Below, one piece after another: positions 1 to 13,767 of a DNA stretch of 64,000 bases (the stretch's first letter is position 1; every line of letters begins with the position of its first letter). Location of the stretch: NCBI RefSeq assembly GCF_032444005.1, contig NC_091289.1:156178001-156242000 (forward strand). The letters run 5' to 3'. Origin of the DNA: Ranitomeya imitator (Eukaryota). The notes under the pieces were generated by a model. The model did no database searches. It was not told where the DNA came from and was given only the letters and a program-made list of their open reading frames with translations. Both the position numbers and the translations under genes were made by a program.

Positions 1-3000
1 ACAGCTTGTTCTGCCTTTCTTTCTATCTCTTTCCTTTTAGCAGCTGCAGCACCCTCATAACTGCATGGCCCCTTTCGTCCTCTCTCCTCTGTCCCTCTGA
101 CAGACTGACTGACTTCAGCTCCTGTCTCTGGCAGACTAAATAATTTTCCCTCCAGACCAGAATATACTGTATATAGGGGAGCCACCCACAAGCTGGATAA
201 GAGCTCCCCCTTCTGGCCTGGAGTATGAACATTTTGCATGCTTGTGATTACCTGATAAAAGAGATCCTTCCTCGCTTCCAAGCATGACATCACTCTCCCC
301 GTGAGGAAACAAATGCTACTGTAACAACCAGGAACCTCGGGTGCACAGAAATGGATTCCATTTATCTTTTGATTAAAGGGTTTAGGGCTCATATACCTGT
401 CATTTTTTATATTCTTGCATGCAAAAAAAGACCGATTTTAATCAGAGTGCTTGTTCCGAATTTCATCCATTTTTGGTCTGAGTATCCATTTTTTTACCAT
501 CTTTGTATCATATGTCTTTATCAAATGTAAAAAAAAGGTGATATAGGTTTCTCAAGCATTCTGTAGAATGAGTCGGTGAAAGTCTGACATCACATAGATA
601 CAACTGAGATGATATCCGTGTGCCGTCTCATTTTTTCCACTTACATTTTCATTGACATAAGCTAGTTTGGTCGGCAATTTGGACATTTCTCCATTTTTTA
701 TGCGGACAATTGGTCAACAAATAAAGCCGATATGTGATTACAGTAGATCCATAGAATATAAAATGTTAAGTGATATCACTGACAGATTAGTTCGTGAAAA
801 ACTGTTCTATGCTCATTCATGTCCATTTTGTCCTAATTATTGCAATCTTAAAAACAGACACTACATGGATTGCACATGGACGCAATGTGCCCGTGATTTT
901 CCATGGACCCATAGATGGGTAATTTTGACCCTTGACTTCGATCAAAATGAGACATGTCTCTGTAGGGTTTTTTGCAGGCACACTGTCTAGACATATGAAC
1001 ATAGATTATAATTTCTGTGGGTTCCATCCATGAAAATTCATGGGTAGAACACATATGTGAAAAATGGAAGTCTGAACGAGGCCGCAGACTCCTTGAAGAA
1101 CGCTCTATAGATAAGCGCCTGCTTAGCATCTGATGTTACTGCTGGCCTGACATTTCTAACAGAATAGGCCCGGTTCCTCTGGAGATATGCATGTGTTCTC
1201 CTCATCCTTGTAGACTCTTGCCAGTAATTGGCCATGTTTGTGTGTGCTGTTTCCCTCACGTCATATGTGAACGCCTACTGACTAGAATTGCTCTTCGCTT
1301 GTTGTAACTACTGGGTGTCAGACATCTCTTTGCAATCTTACTCCCACTCACAAGATGATACTCCAGTTTCTTGTCGGTCTAATTTTAAAATGCAATTTCT
1401 TAAAGTGGAGAGAGGAACACATTACCCCACTTACAATTTGTGAAATTGATCTGATTTCCATTTGTAGCCGCAAGGTAGATTAGTCAATGGAATGTAAGAA
1501 TGGAGAATGGCTGGTGCTGTTGCGGTTATCACAATATGCTGTATATTGGTTTACATATTTTCTTGGCTCCCAAACCGCTATAATAACTGAGCGTTGTGAG
1601 GATTCTCCAGTGCCGGTGTTAGGAGCAGGTGGTCATGTGACGGCAGGTATGTGATCTGCATACTTGCGGCCATATTCCGACTAGACTGTATCGGGACGGG
1701 CATTGAGTAAGGCTGTGCCCATCTGGTTAGCACATGGTCACATGTATGCAAATCCCATACTTCAGCCACGCGCCTGCCACCGGCACTGGAGAATCCTCAG
1801 TGTGCTTGCGATGTGAGGATTCTAGTGATGACCGAATATACTCGTTACTCGAGATTTCTCGAGCACGCACGGGTGTCCTCCGAGTATTTTTTAGTGCTTG
1901 GAGATTTAGTTTTCTTCGCCGCAACTGGATAATTTACAGCTTACTGCTGGTGATAGCAGATCACAGGGCAGTCTCCCACAAAATGGCGCTGCCCTGTGAT
2001 GCTACTCTTGATTCTTCCCCAGGGATACTAGATCACCCAAAAGGGGAGGGAAATGGTGATGTCAGCAGTTACTGCCCCAATTTTGCTGCTAACAGTAAAG
2101 CTGGTAAGTCTCACTATAGCTGCTTGAGGTCTAAAACGGAAAATGCTCCCCCTAGTGGTAAATATATATATATTTGTCAGAAAATATATAATATTTTTCA
2201 TAAGGAAATGTTTGCAAACATTGCATTAATACATTTGAATTACTATTTTAGGCTTATTTTCACACAAAAAAAAAATACAAGAAAACTGGTGGGACCTTCC
2301 CTTTAATGCCTGCAAATTAAGCCTGGGATGTGATAAAAGCTCCTGTAGTTGGAATGGTGAGATATCTCAATACATTTGTCCACATAATATATCTATTTTA
2401 CTTTTTTGCATAGGTATATTTTAATTGTTGGGTACCAAAATGCTGTGCAAACATATTATAAGCTTTACATGTAATTGCCCTATAATTTTCAATATTTCAA
2501 CAATTTTTCCATGAGAAGAAACATTATGGTGCACAACAAGTAGAAGAGGTTAAAAAAAAACTTGATTGGTGCTCTTTTTAGAACAAAGCAATGCTCTCGA
2601 TTGGTTGCGCACAGTACTGCAACTCAGTCGCGGGATCAGACAAAATCTGAGCCTGGAAAGTATAGGTCAGTAAATGGTTATAGGTCAGTATTATGGATAA
2701 AAATCTTGAGGGCTTTCAAAGAGATGCTATTCTGGAGTATCTCATAAAGAAAAAACTAATGACACCGTATAAACATGGATTTATGAGGGTTTAATCCGAT
2801 CAAAATAATTTGATCAACTGTGAGGATGCAAGGGGTCAGTATTGGACCCTCTTCTTTTTAACATATTAATTACATTGTAGGGATCATACAGAGTAGAATT
2901 TCAAAATTGGCAGATTATACTAAATTCTGCAATGTAATCAAAACAAAAGAGGATAATTTCATGTTACAGATTTATATAAAATGAAGGTTTGAGCTGAAAT

Positions 3001-3022
3001 ATGGGAATTGAAGATTAATGTA

Positions 3023-3355
3023 CAGTAGATATATATAAGCAGCACAAGGAAAGATCCAGCTCCACAGAATAAAATCTTCTTCATTGGGGAATTAAGTTCA
3101 GTTAGATAGTGAGATTAGAAACATGTCATGACCAAGTTATAAGACATATGCATAGCCCATGGCCATGGCCCAGCTGTCGACACGTTTCTGGTGTTTCCAC
3201 CCTTAAACAAGATTGCCGGTAAATTAATTCACCAATACAGAAGATTGTATTCCATGGAGCTGGATCTTTTCTCATACTGTTTCCACTGCATCTAGGCAAA
3301 GATGTTTTTCCGGAACTATTCGACAGAGTGCGTGAGATGGTCTTTGTCTTTTGCA
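3023..3355. repeat. Old imperfect foldback insertion inside the CR1
   Basis: aaagatccagctcc..aatcttct (~3051-3080) is the reverse complement of agaagatt..ggagctggatcttt (~3238-3270). The CR1 reading (..INV / DKGKVMHLG) resumes on either side. Confidence 0.45.
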
Positions 3356-4058
3356 GATAAAGGTAAGGTCATGCACTTGGGTAGAGGAAGTGAAATGTTT
3401 AATTATGTACTAAATTGTAAAATACTGGGTAAAACACATACTACAAAATGACTTGGACCTATGGGTGGACAGCAAAGTCACCTGTGGTGACCAATGCCAG
3501 GTAGCTGCTGCCAAGTCAAATAAAATTATGGAATGCATTAAAAGAGGCAGGTTATCAAACTTGGGGTCATTCAGTTTGAAAAATTAAGCCTTGGGGTGAT
3601 CTTATTACAATATACAAATATATGAAGGGACAGTACAGAGATCTTTCTTCTGATCTTTTTACACCTGGACCTGCAATGGTGACAAATGAGCATCTTCTAC
3701 ATCTAGCGAAAAGAAGGTTTAATCATAATTACAGACAAATTATTTACTGTAAGAGCAGTAAGATTATGGAACTTTCTGCCGCATGATGTTGTCATGGCTG
3801 ATTCACTACAAAAATACAAGGAAGAACTGGATGCCTTTCATGAAAAATATATTACAGGTTACATTTACTAGATTGTGTGATGGCCCGGGACATTGGTTCG
3901 GGAACTAGTCAGGTTGCCATATATGTGCAGTTGGGAAGTAATTGTTCCCCTAATTTGGGGCTATTAGCATCTGTCCCATGGGATTTTTGTCTTCCTATAG
4001 ATCAACATGTTAGGTTAATGGATGAACTCGAAGGACATAACTCTGCCTTCAACCTTAA

Positions 4059-4651
4059 AGGAAACCTGTCACCGGGTTCCACTAATATGAGATACAGCAA
4101 CCACCTTTCAGGTCTGATATACAGCGTCCTATAATGCTGTATATCTGACCCAAACCTGACCTGCAAGACAAGAAAAAGACCTTTTATTATACTCACCTGC
4201 GAGGAGGTCTGGTCCGGTGATCTTGGTCAGGCGCCTCCCTTTTTGTTGCAATGCCGTCCTCCTTCTTGCTTTGTGTGGATGACATGTCTCTACGTCATCC
4301 ACACAGTCTCCCCAGTATCGCACGCCTGTGCAGGCATATTTCTTTGCCCTGACTAAAGCAGAATAAAGTACTGCAGTGTGCAGGTACCATGAAAGGTCAA
4401 AGAATCCCGGCATGGCGCACTGCATCCACACGAAGCAAGAAGGAAGACAGCATCACAAGAAGAAGGGAGGCGCCGGACCAAGACTAGCAACACCCGTCTG
4501 ACCTGACCACGCCGCAGGTGAGAATAAAAGGTCTTTTTCTTGTCTTGCATGTCAGGTCGGGGGCAGATATACTGCATTATAGAATGTTGTATACCAGGCC
4601 TAAAAGGTGGTGGCCGTATCTCATATCGGTCAAACCTGGTGACAGGTTCAC
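4059..4651. mobile_element. T2/Kolobok-type MITE
   Basis: TTAA at 4055-4058 and 4652-4655; termini aggaaacctgtcacc ... ggtgacaggttcac; same family as 17352-17982. Confidence 0.7.
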
Positions 4652-7395
4652 TTAAAAACCATGAAACTATAGTGTGTACACAATGAAGCCAGATGTAATC
4701 TCCCCAGCTTCATCAGTGCCCAGTACTCACCCAGGCAAGAAAGCGCTCACATATTTCAGATTTAAAATAGTCTGAAGATGGCGTAACTTGTGGGAAGGAC
4801 GTCCATAATGTCCCCCTGAATTACAGGATCTGAGGCTAAACGAGTCTGGGGGAAGCAACATCCCATGATAGAAGTTCTGTCTAAATGGTTTATTACAAGT
4901 GAAAGTCTTTAGGTGGATTTTTAGAAGAAGCCTTCAATGTTTACTTCCATGGAGTAAGGTCATGTGGTCAATTATATGAGTAGATGGCACATGTATTCGT
5001 GCGATTATTACATGGTCAGGAAAAAAATTGTATCTACTGATGAGAGCAAGCAAAGGTCTTGAACGTTAGGGAAGTGAATTTGCAATTAAAAAATATTTTG
5101 AGTTATGTATTTGTTAAATCTAAAGTTTCAGCAATATATTATCAGAGAAAACAACAAGATTTCCAGGACTAACACTCTTCAGCTATTTGTCACTTCCTTC
5201 TGTTACTATTAGAAATGGTCTTCTTTAAACTCTCTGACACCGAGGCCACGATTCTCGTAATCCTCTATAGATTTCGTTATCGAACATTAGTTTATTTTGA
5301 GTTCTCATAATCGAATTAACTTCCATGAACACAAGCTGCAATATTCAATTAGATGCTGCTGCTGTAGGTATCACTGAGGATTAGCATAATTCATGTAGGA
5401 TCTGCCAGCGTCGGCAGTGTTAAGAAGCCTGGTTCATAACCCCATCATAGACAATATGGAAAATCACACATGAAAACTGTACTTTTGCCAATTGTTCTCA
5501 TTGGGTAGGTACCAACAATCTCTAGGGTTTATTTCAGATGTTCAGTTTTTTTCTAATAAGTGAAAAAACGGACCAATTTTCATCAGGGGTTGGTTGAAAT
5601 TTTCATCGATGTTTGGTCTCTGTCAATTTTTTCCATCAGTGTTTCATCGATGTTTCTCAAACAAAAACTTCAAGCTTTTCCTGGCAGTCTGTGAAAAAGC
5701 AGACAGCACACGAATGTGACTAGAATGCCACCAGTTTTTTATGAGCCCGTAGACTTGAATGTGCATTTTTGATCTGAAACTCAGACCAAAATTGGATTTG
5801 TTACTGTGAAAAACATGGTCATGTGAATAATGCCGTAGACTATGATAGACCGGGGTGTACCACCCATAGTGGCAGACCACGCGGCCGCTGTGGGACCTAT
5901 TAGCAGGGGTGGGCTTGGTGCTGAGGGCAACGCCCCTCTCAACTACCCCACCTGTCATTGCAATTTCAACTTTACCCAGCTCCATAGGTTGGCTGCAGAG
6001 CTATCAAACTGTTTGTGGGGTTTCCATACTGTGTTGAGGGCTGTGGGTAGGTACGGACTGGGGCTGAAATTCAGCTCTGACATGTGAAGTTCCACAGGCC
6101 CATGTTGTTCCCGTCCCCAAGCACCAGATGGGATATATTACTAATATTACCCTGGATGGAGGAAAGGAAGATTTACTACAAGACCAATATGATACCCGTG
6201 GTCTGCTGGAGTAAGTGATGGAGTCAGTGACTTTGTGTTCCGTCACAACACTTAACAGTATGGGTGTCTTGAGAACACTGATTTTGTTAAGAACGTAGCA
6301 GACAAGGTAGCCCACGACCAGACAGGCCCTTCTGGCATTTGCCAGAATTCCCAGTCCGGCCCTGGCTGTGAGTGTCTTATACTGAGTGGAGGGCCAAAAT
6401 CTTGGGTCTGGGGACCCTCAAACTGCATGTTGGGGCTTAGGGGACATGATATTGTGTATGGGGCTGTGGTGCCCCTCATACTTTGTGGGGGGCAGGTGGT
6501 GACATTATATAGTGTGTTGGTGCTGTGATATTTTCTCAAGCTGTGTGGTGGAGCATCATGTTGTGTGAGGAATTATACACTGTTGGGGTTACTGTGGTGT
6601 CATCATAATGTGCATGAGGAGGGACAGTGGGGGAAATATTACCGGGGGGTATCAGGGTATAATGGGTCACTTTATAGGCCATGGAGAAGGTATAGTAGTG
6701 GGTGAGAACACTAAACGGCTTCAATAGTGGCATAATTACAGTGTACCTGCCTTAGTATGTGTCCCTCTCTCTGATTTTAAAAGTTGGGAGGTATGACCCT
6801 GCCTATTCTGACAATTTTTTTCTTTTTCATTTGGGGCGGGACAAGTAGAGGAGGATGCCCAACTAAGACTTTTGCTACAGGGCCCTTTGATTTCAATGTA
6901 CATCACTGATGATGATAGGTACAGTATGTTCTCTACCTGTGAACAGCACAGATACAACATGTACACAAAAGGTCACATTCGGACAGACATTGAAAAGTCA
7001 GGTCAGCCTCAACTACAAATTGTGGAGATGAGTGGCTCCAAATGCTCAAGAGCCATCTTCTATTGTCCATAAATCAGACCTGGCACGTTGTAATTTATTC
7101 TAGCACAGAGGCCAGCACTGGCAGCTGACAACACATCGACCAAAAATACATTTGTCTGAACGTACCTAAACATGTATCTAAGCCACAGGGAGAAGTCTTG
7201 TTTTTTGTTTTTTTTTTACACAAGAAAAAAAGGACAATTTTAGATCAGGGTGCTTGATTGATCTATCAGCCAGTTTTGGGCTGTTTGTCAGTTTTTACAA
7301 TCATTGTGACAATTTTTTTACTCCTAGGCAAAAAAAAATTCTATTATATATACACACGCAAACACAGAACATTTCCAAGCTTCTCCCAGCCATTA

Positions 7396-7755
7396 GGCTA
7401 TGTGCACACGTTCAGGATTTCTCGCAGAAAATTCCTGAGAAAAACCTGAAATTTTCTGCAAGAAATCTGCAAGAAATCTGCATGCGTTTTTGACGTGTTT
7501 TTGATGCGTTTTTTTCCCGGACATTTCCCAATGCATTTTGTAGTGGGAAATCCACAAAAAAAAACCCGCAAAATTTATGAACATGCGCGATTTTTACCGC
7601 GATGCGTTTTTTCGCAGAAAAAAAACGCATCATGTGCACAAAACATGCGGAATTCATTCTAAATGATGGGATGCTTATTGTATGCTTTTTTTGTGGTTTT
7701 ATAGCATTTTTATTGGGAAAAAAATGCGAAAAAACAGCAACGTGTGCACACAGCC
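7396..7755. mobile_element. PIF/Harbinger-type MITE
   Basis: TTA TSD on both sides; TIR ggctatgtgcacacgtt / aacgtgtgcacacagcc. A second, truncated related element starts at 7759, right after the right TSD. Confidence 0.8.
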
Positions 7756-9049
7756 TTAGGGTATGTGCACACGTTGCGGATTCCATTGCGGATTTTTCCA
7801 CGAGAACAATCATTGATGTGTGAATGAGCCCTAAATGTCAGCACTGCTCTCTCCTGACATATACTGGGGCAATGATTGTAGGCGCCCATGCACGCGGCAC
7901 ATGCCAAGAGTGTCGTACAATGTGAGCTTACCATTTTTCTGCTGAATAGAAAAACGTGGCTTTTCACACTTTCTTCTATGCCGTGTGACACAGTACAAAA
8001 ACCATATATCACACTTTATTTTATTTTTTCTGCTGCCCATCATATGCCACCCTATGCAGTACAGGGGCATACATTGGTGGCATACATCAGTGTATAATCC
8101 CAGTATACTGCATACCCTAATGTACTATAATTACTGGTGAACACAGACAGAAGAGGAACCTGGGCAAGAACAATATATGGGTCATTTATAGTCCAAAAGC
8201 TCATCATAATGCACAATTCCATCTGCTTTGGAGGTGGTAATGGCCCCCTTACCTCTTGTGCCCCTATGCAAATGCACACGTTGCACCAATGACATGTCCG
8301 TCTGGACCTATAAAGTCAAACTATAGTTGTGCAGATACAGACATTGCAGGCACAACCTCTCTGGAAACCCTCACCTGTTTGCCGGCTGCCTGGATGTCCT
8401 CCTCTGAGTTTTCAGCATATCTTTGCTCTGGGGTCCGGTGCCTCTCACTTGAGCTGAAGACCCTGTTGTGGAGCGGCTGAGATCAGGTTCTGTCCTTCTG
8501 CTCAGGTGACACTGTGTCTGGTAGCTAAGCGTTTATGGTGAAAGCTTCCCTTAAACTAAGCGGTATTATTATACGACAGGTGAACAAAGGCTGATTATGG
8601 AGATCCTTTAACTCTGCTGTTGACAGAGATGGCAGATTAATGTTTCCTTGTGCAGTCAGTGTTTGCTTTCACCTTAATCCTATAGATGTATTTTTCTGAA
8701 AGGACAAATAGGTTTTATGTTGGCTGTGATGTATAGTTAAAGTCATGAAGTTATGACACCATATGGAAGTCGAATACTATTTAATGTCATCATAACTGAT
8801 ACCCTTTATCCTCCACGAAAAGCCTAGCTCCTGGGGTATCCACATGAAAGAATAAGGCCATGTTCCCATGTAGCCTTAACAGTGCAGAAAGTCGTCTCCA
8901 TTTAAGGCTCCGTTCCCACAATTTGCTGTTGGTGAGGTTTTGATGTTACAGATTTTCTGCACCCATTAAGTAAGATAGGTTACTTGCATTTTTTGAAAAT
9001 ACGTAGAGGAAAATTCACACCAAAAACTCATTATGGGATTGTAGTCTAA

Positions 9050-9243
9050 GGACGGGGTCACACTTGCGTCTACAATGCAAGCAATTCAAGCGAGTCTGTC
9101 GCCTCGATACCCGGCACTGCCGCCGGCGGTTCGGACCGGAGCGTTCAGCTACATAGAAACACATGAAGCCGCACGCTCCGGCCGCAGTGTCGGGTATTGA
9201 TGCAGGAGCTTCTCGCATTGCACACGCAACTGTGACCCCGGCC
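9050..9243. mobile_element. PIF/Harbinger-type palindromic MITE
   Basis: TAA TSD (9047-9049, 9244-9246); termini ggacggggtcacacttgcg / cgcaactgtgaccccggcc. Confidence 0.8.
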
Positions 9244-9362
9244 TAATAACACATCGTGGATGGGATTTAAGGACAACTAATTACACTGTGGAATAGGGCG
9301 TTTTTTGGTGGGGGGGGGATTTTTTTTCATTTCTATTCTTCTATGGCAAAGGTGAAAGTATG

Positions 9363-9450
9363 CATTAATAATTAATAATCTTTAATAATCTTTATTTTTA
9401 TATTGCGCTAACATATTCCGCAGCGCTTTACAGTTTTGCACACATTATGT
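9363..9450 (-). mobile_element. LINE/SINE 3' tail fragment (L2-like) with (TAA)n-like tail
   Basis: Minus strand reads tgtaaagcgctgcggaatatgttagcgcaatataaaaataaagattatta...; a similar tail lies at ~60605-60665. Confidence 0.45.
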
Positions 9451-12400
9451 ATTTAGGAGCAGAATCCCAGAATTTCTGCGTTAAAAAAAACACATAAATA
9501 AAACACTGCTTCAAATATGGACAAATAAAAGAAAGATAAAGCAATAAAGGCAACAAAAACACAAATAATCAGAGCTGCTTCCTAGCAGATTTTCTGTCTG
9601 TACTGTGGAAAGTTAGTAGCATAGCAGCACAGAGGAAGAGTTTTTGCCAAATCTTATCCATGCATTTCATAAAGATCTCAGCGTCAATGTGTATGCTCCC
9701 TTTCATTAAAGGGAGCCTGTCAGGACCCCATGCCATCCAACCCAGCAGAATTCACTTATTTATGACTAAATTTGTTGCCTAATCAGCCCTGTATAATTTT
9801 TTTCTGTACAAATGAGGTTTAGAAAAAGCATTTATCTCCCCGTTTTCTATGCTAGTGAGGGCTTTGACTTGTCGATGGACCGTTAGTTGCCCAAGACTAG
9901 TCAGCCATCTTTCCATGTTATCACGCCCCTGTGGGCATGATAGCACAATTTACAGGAGTGGCGTCATCTCCACTCATGCAAATCTCGCGCATGCGTGTCG
10001 GTCATTCCAGCAATGCCACTGCAGCTCTGAAGACAGGTGTGCGCTTCCAGCTTCAGAGACACGCGCTGCGCATGACCGGAAGTTCAGAAGATGGCTTCCG
10101 GTAATGCGCAGTGCTCCTCTGAAGCCGCGAAGCGTACACCCAGCTTCAGACACAGTGACGCCGCCAGAATAAGTAAAGAGCGAGCACGAGATTTGCATGA
10201 GCGGCAATTCTGCCACAAATCTGCATGTAATCAATGTGGATTTTTGTCAGGGATTCCGTGTAGATTTGCTGCTTGGACTGACCTGGACACTTGAAGTTTC
10301 TTTACTGGAAGTTGGAACAGAACTTATCACTCCATAAAAAAATATTTTAAGAAGTTTATCAAAGCTAGGGCAATAAAATTCAATGCTGCAGTTGTCCATA
10401 GCATCCAATCAGAATCTGACTATGTTTTTCTCAGTTTTTTTTGAACAATAGATTCTAAACTTTCCTTACAAGTTTTGATAAATTCTACCTCAAAACTAGG
10501 CAACTACATATTGTATCTAACTGCAACTTTTGCATAGCAAAATCAATAGAGTAACATTTCTATTCACTTCAATGGAAGTTTCATATCTGCAACTGCTCTA
10601 CACTCCCGTGCTGCCTTGTAACCCAGTCTATTATTCAGATCAAATTCATGTTACAGACCATAAATATCAATAACTTAACCAGTCCACATATAGAATTTAC
10701 ATATCCCTCCGGAAAAATATATGCAAATCATCAATGACTGTCGCGTTGCTACTCCTGAAGATGCCAATCGCGTAATGTCACTTGATTATGTCATGTGTCT
10801 TTGTAAATATTGTGTCATGTGAAGAGTGTTATAATGCAATGTAGAATGTGATAGTATAAAATGGGCAGTATAGGGATAGATAATAGACTGTAGCATAGGT
10901 AATGACATTAGGGTAATATACAGTTAAAGTTTGGGACTAGCCCATAGTGGGAGGAGTATGGTGTTAGGGCAAGTTACTGTTTCCTGTAGTTAATGAGATA
11001 GGGTTGAGAGAGTGAAGAGCGCAGTGTTGCTGTTGGGGTTATCCACTAAAGGAAAGGAGACTTAAGAACACGGATAGCGAGGCCTGAAATAACAGATAAG
11101 ACAGAGTGGCCTTCCAGGAAAGGGTCCTTGGATAGGATGCAGAGTCACAAAAACCTTGTATATGCCAGAAGTAACAGGCCTAAAGATGACTGAGTGTGTG
11201 GGACTATTGGGGGTCCCAGGCGGTAGATTCAGGGTGCCAGTAGTGGAAGAAATAGAATGCAAGACTGCTGAGTGAGGAGAGACTTGCTGATAAGGATTGT
11301 GGCACAGAAGCTGAGTTGTGAGAAAAAAGGGCGAAACGGAGTGGCTCGCTAGCCCTGGACTACAGACTTGTGAACCCTCACATCACACGTACTATGCAAT
11401 ATGAAGATTCTCCAGTGATGGCGGTCATGTGACCGCAAGTATGCTCTTTGTATACTCCTGGCCACGCTACAACTAGACTGTTTCCTGCCTTGTTCAATAT
11501 ATCTGAATTGAGTAAGGCTGTGCACATCTAGTCAGAATGTTGCCCGGAGTATGTATATTGCATATTTTGAACCATATGATCGCGATTCCCAGTGCCTGCA
11601 TGGGGGAATCTTTACAACGTGTGAGCATTTGTAAATCTGCACTTACAGAGTTACTGCAGAATTGTAGTTTAAGATCGGACAACTCCTTTAAGCAGGAGTA
11701 GATTAAAGGTAGCAAGGGTCTGAGGATGTGCAGACTGAGAGGGCACAGTATTCATCAGACATGTCATATGATAGGTCATTAACAAGACATATATCCAGCG
11801 AGGTCACATGTCAGGTGGTATGTCACATAACAGGTCACATGATGAACACACATGGGTGTTCGGGTGCCCGTTCTGGGGGGCAATGTTGTAAGCAGAGCTT
11901 TTTTTTAAATTTTTATTTATGCATTGCCTTACCTACGGGATTTAACTTCTCACTATGAATATATAACAAACCCTAGACTAATACAAACCACACACGAAGG
12001 AAGGCACCAGTCACTATATTTAATAAAGTAGGACGCTGTATTTAAATGAGAATACACTATGCACAATAGGGAAGGACACTATGTAAAAATGATGGGTTAT
12101 TCATTATAAAATAAGGGATGGCGCTCTTCATAATAGGAGTGGTTGTTTTATAAACAAAACTATTACCAAATTCATCATTCTCTGCAATCCATGCAGTATA
12201 GATACAGAATAAATATTTACATCCAGTTACACACTGGTGATATCTCCATCACCCCCTGTGAATTTAGCCTTATATTTTTGTGGTATTATTTTAGTTCTGC
12301 GCTTCAATATGTCCTCCTTTTTCTACTATTAAGCCTCAGCCTCCCCGAATAGCAGTTATGTCTGTTTCTGTAGACCCCTGGGGTACAATATAAACTTACT

Positions 12401-12706
12401 TTCAGGTTCTAATCTGCAGTGCATTTCTGAGAAAAGTATTGATCCTGACAAGAACATATGTGCACGATTCACCAAATGCAAACACATAATAACAGGAAGG
12501 CATGAGGCATCATCACTGTAAACAAAGTCTTTTTGTTTTCTCGTATGTCGACATGTAAGGAAGGTTTTAAGAACAAAGCAATGACTCATCCTGTAAACAA
12601 ACCGATGCCATATAATCACATTATACCTGTCATGTCAGACCTTGCAAAGCTCAGCCGTGGGCTCCTACAGCAGAATTATAGAAGTCTGGTATTGTTCAGA
12701 CCGGAG

Positions 12707-12756
12707 CCATGCAGAACTGGATGTTACTAGACCATGCAGAACTGGATGTTACTAGA
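12707..12756. repeat. Perfect 25-bp tandem duplication
   Basis: ccatgcagaactggatgttactaga x2. Confidence 0.9.
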
Positions 12757-13331
12757 CTTTAGTTCCAGGATATCTCAAACCCAATGTTCTAGAGTTTAGC
12801 CAATAACATTCTAGACTGTCTAGTTTATCCCCACTTTTTAAGAATGTCTAATCAAAGGGAGTTCTGGAGATAAGATAACCATACACCTTCAATAGCTTTC
12901 CTGAAAGAACATGTCGAAAGGGAAGAAGGGAATTCTATGGCATGAGACATGTTGAAATCCAAGATGCCCAATCTTTATTTTTACTGACACCTGTCATCAG
13001 ACAGATTTCTTTGCTTGAAGAAGTCTGTTTAAATGTCTTTGTTTTATTTAACTCAATAAGTGCTCTAAATTTCCAGTGATTGGTTGTAGGCTTTAAATCC
13101 ACGCTATTATAAATACACAGCACGGGGTCTAGGCTTCTGCAATCTAGGAGGAACAGGTCTTGTTGGTTTTTGGCTCTCAGGCACAGCCAGGAACCCTTGG
13201 GAGAAGACAGAAGTGGTTAATCTCTGCTTCTGTCTTCTATATCACCAGCTAGTGCACAGAAGCATCCTCAATGCCCATAGATGTTTTATTCCACATAGAT
13301 TGAAATAGCGGCACGCTTTATCACATATTGA

Positions 13332-13767
13332 AGGTCCAATAATAGCTGCTGGAGAAAATAGCGCAAGATAGGGTCTTATCCAAGATAGTTGGGGTTGATA
13401 CAATTAGATTGTACTCTCCAGACGGAGCTATAATTATAGCACGTAAGATTATCCGCTGCAGCAGATCCACCGGTCACAAGGTGACAGAGACTGTAGAAAA
13501 CGAATGGTAAAGCGTGGATATAATCTGCACCGCAGAATGAATGGAGGTCCAGAAATATTCACATGCTACACTGTAGTTTATTCAACACGTTTTGACATAC
13601 AACGACGTCTTCATCAGGAAATGCTACATACATCATGTCTGTGGCATTCCCTGATGAAGAAGCCGTTGTACTTCGAAACGCGTTGAATAAACTACAGTGT
13701 AGCATGTGAATATTGCTGGACCCTCATTCATTCGGCGGCGCAGATTATATCCACGCTTTCCCATTCG
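13332..13767 (+). mobile_element. Foldback, hammerhead-bearing retroelement insertion (Penelope-like pLTR-derived)
   Basis: 14-bp TSD ttatcacatattga (13318-13331, 13768-13781). Unique segment 13332-13500, then inverted arms ~13501-13624 and ~13644-13767, each with a CTGATGA...(G/A)AAAC motif. Confidence 0.75.
13645..13690 (+). ncRNA. Minimal type I hammerhead ribozyme motif
   Basis: CTGATGA (13651-13657), A, stem II GAAG/CTTC with an 8-nt loop, GAAA (13675-13678), palindromic ACGCGT in place of helix III, and GUU. Predicted cleavage is after 13684. Stem I is short and imperfect. Confidence 0.65.

Larger units (their letters stand above)
2660..4670 (+). mobile_element. Decayed CR1 LINE (RT region to 3' end), interrupted by two insertions
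   Basis: Degenerate translation gives CR1 RT motifs: KILEGFQRDAILEYL..KHGF (~2700-2780), (Q)GSVLDPLLFNI..RISKLADYTKFC (~2830-2930, decayed FADDTK) and DKGKVMHLG (3356-3382). The 3' part is interrupted by the TTAA MITE at 4059-4651. Ends are approximate. Confidence 0.75.

Noticed and set aside
1734-2306. 190-aa ORF
   Set aside because: It crosses a patchwork of MITE fragments and shows no recognisable protein motif.
5037-5070. CTGATGA as a hammerhead core (also at 49143-49149)
   Set aside because: There is no stem II followed by GAAA-N-UH, and no foldback or TSD context.
5840-6750. Possible decayed retroelement coding remnant (similar blocks at ~48300-49230 and ~59130-59830)
   Set aside because: The composition suggests old TE coding sequence, but I found no diagnostic motif to assign it.
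10840-11364. Possible solo LTR (tgtag...ctaca)
   Set aside because: No matching 4-6-bp TSD at any candidate start, so the boundaries are unsupported.
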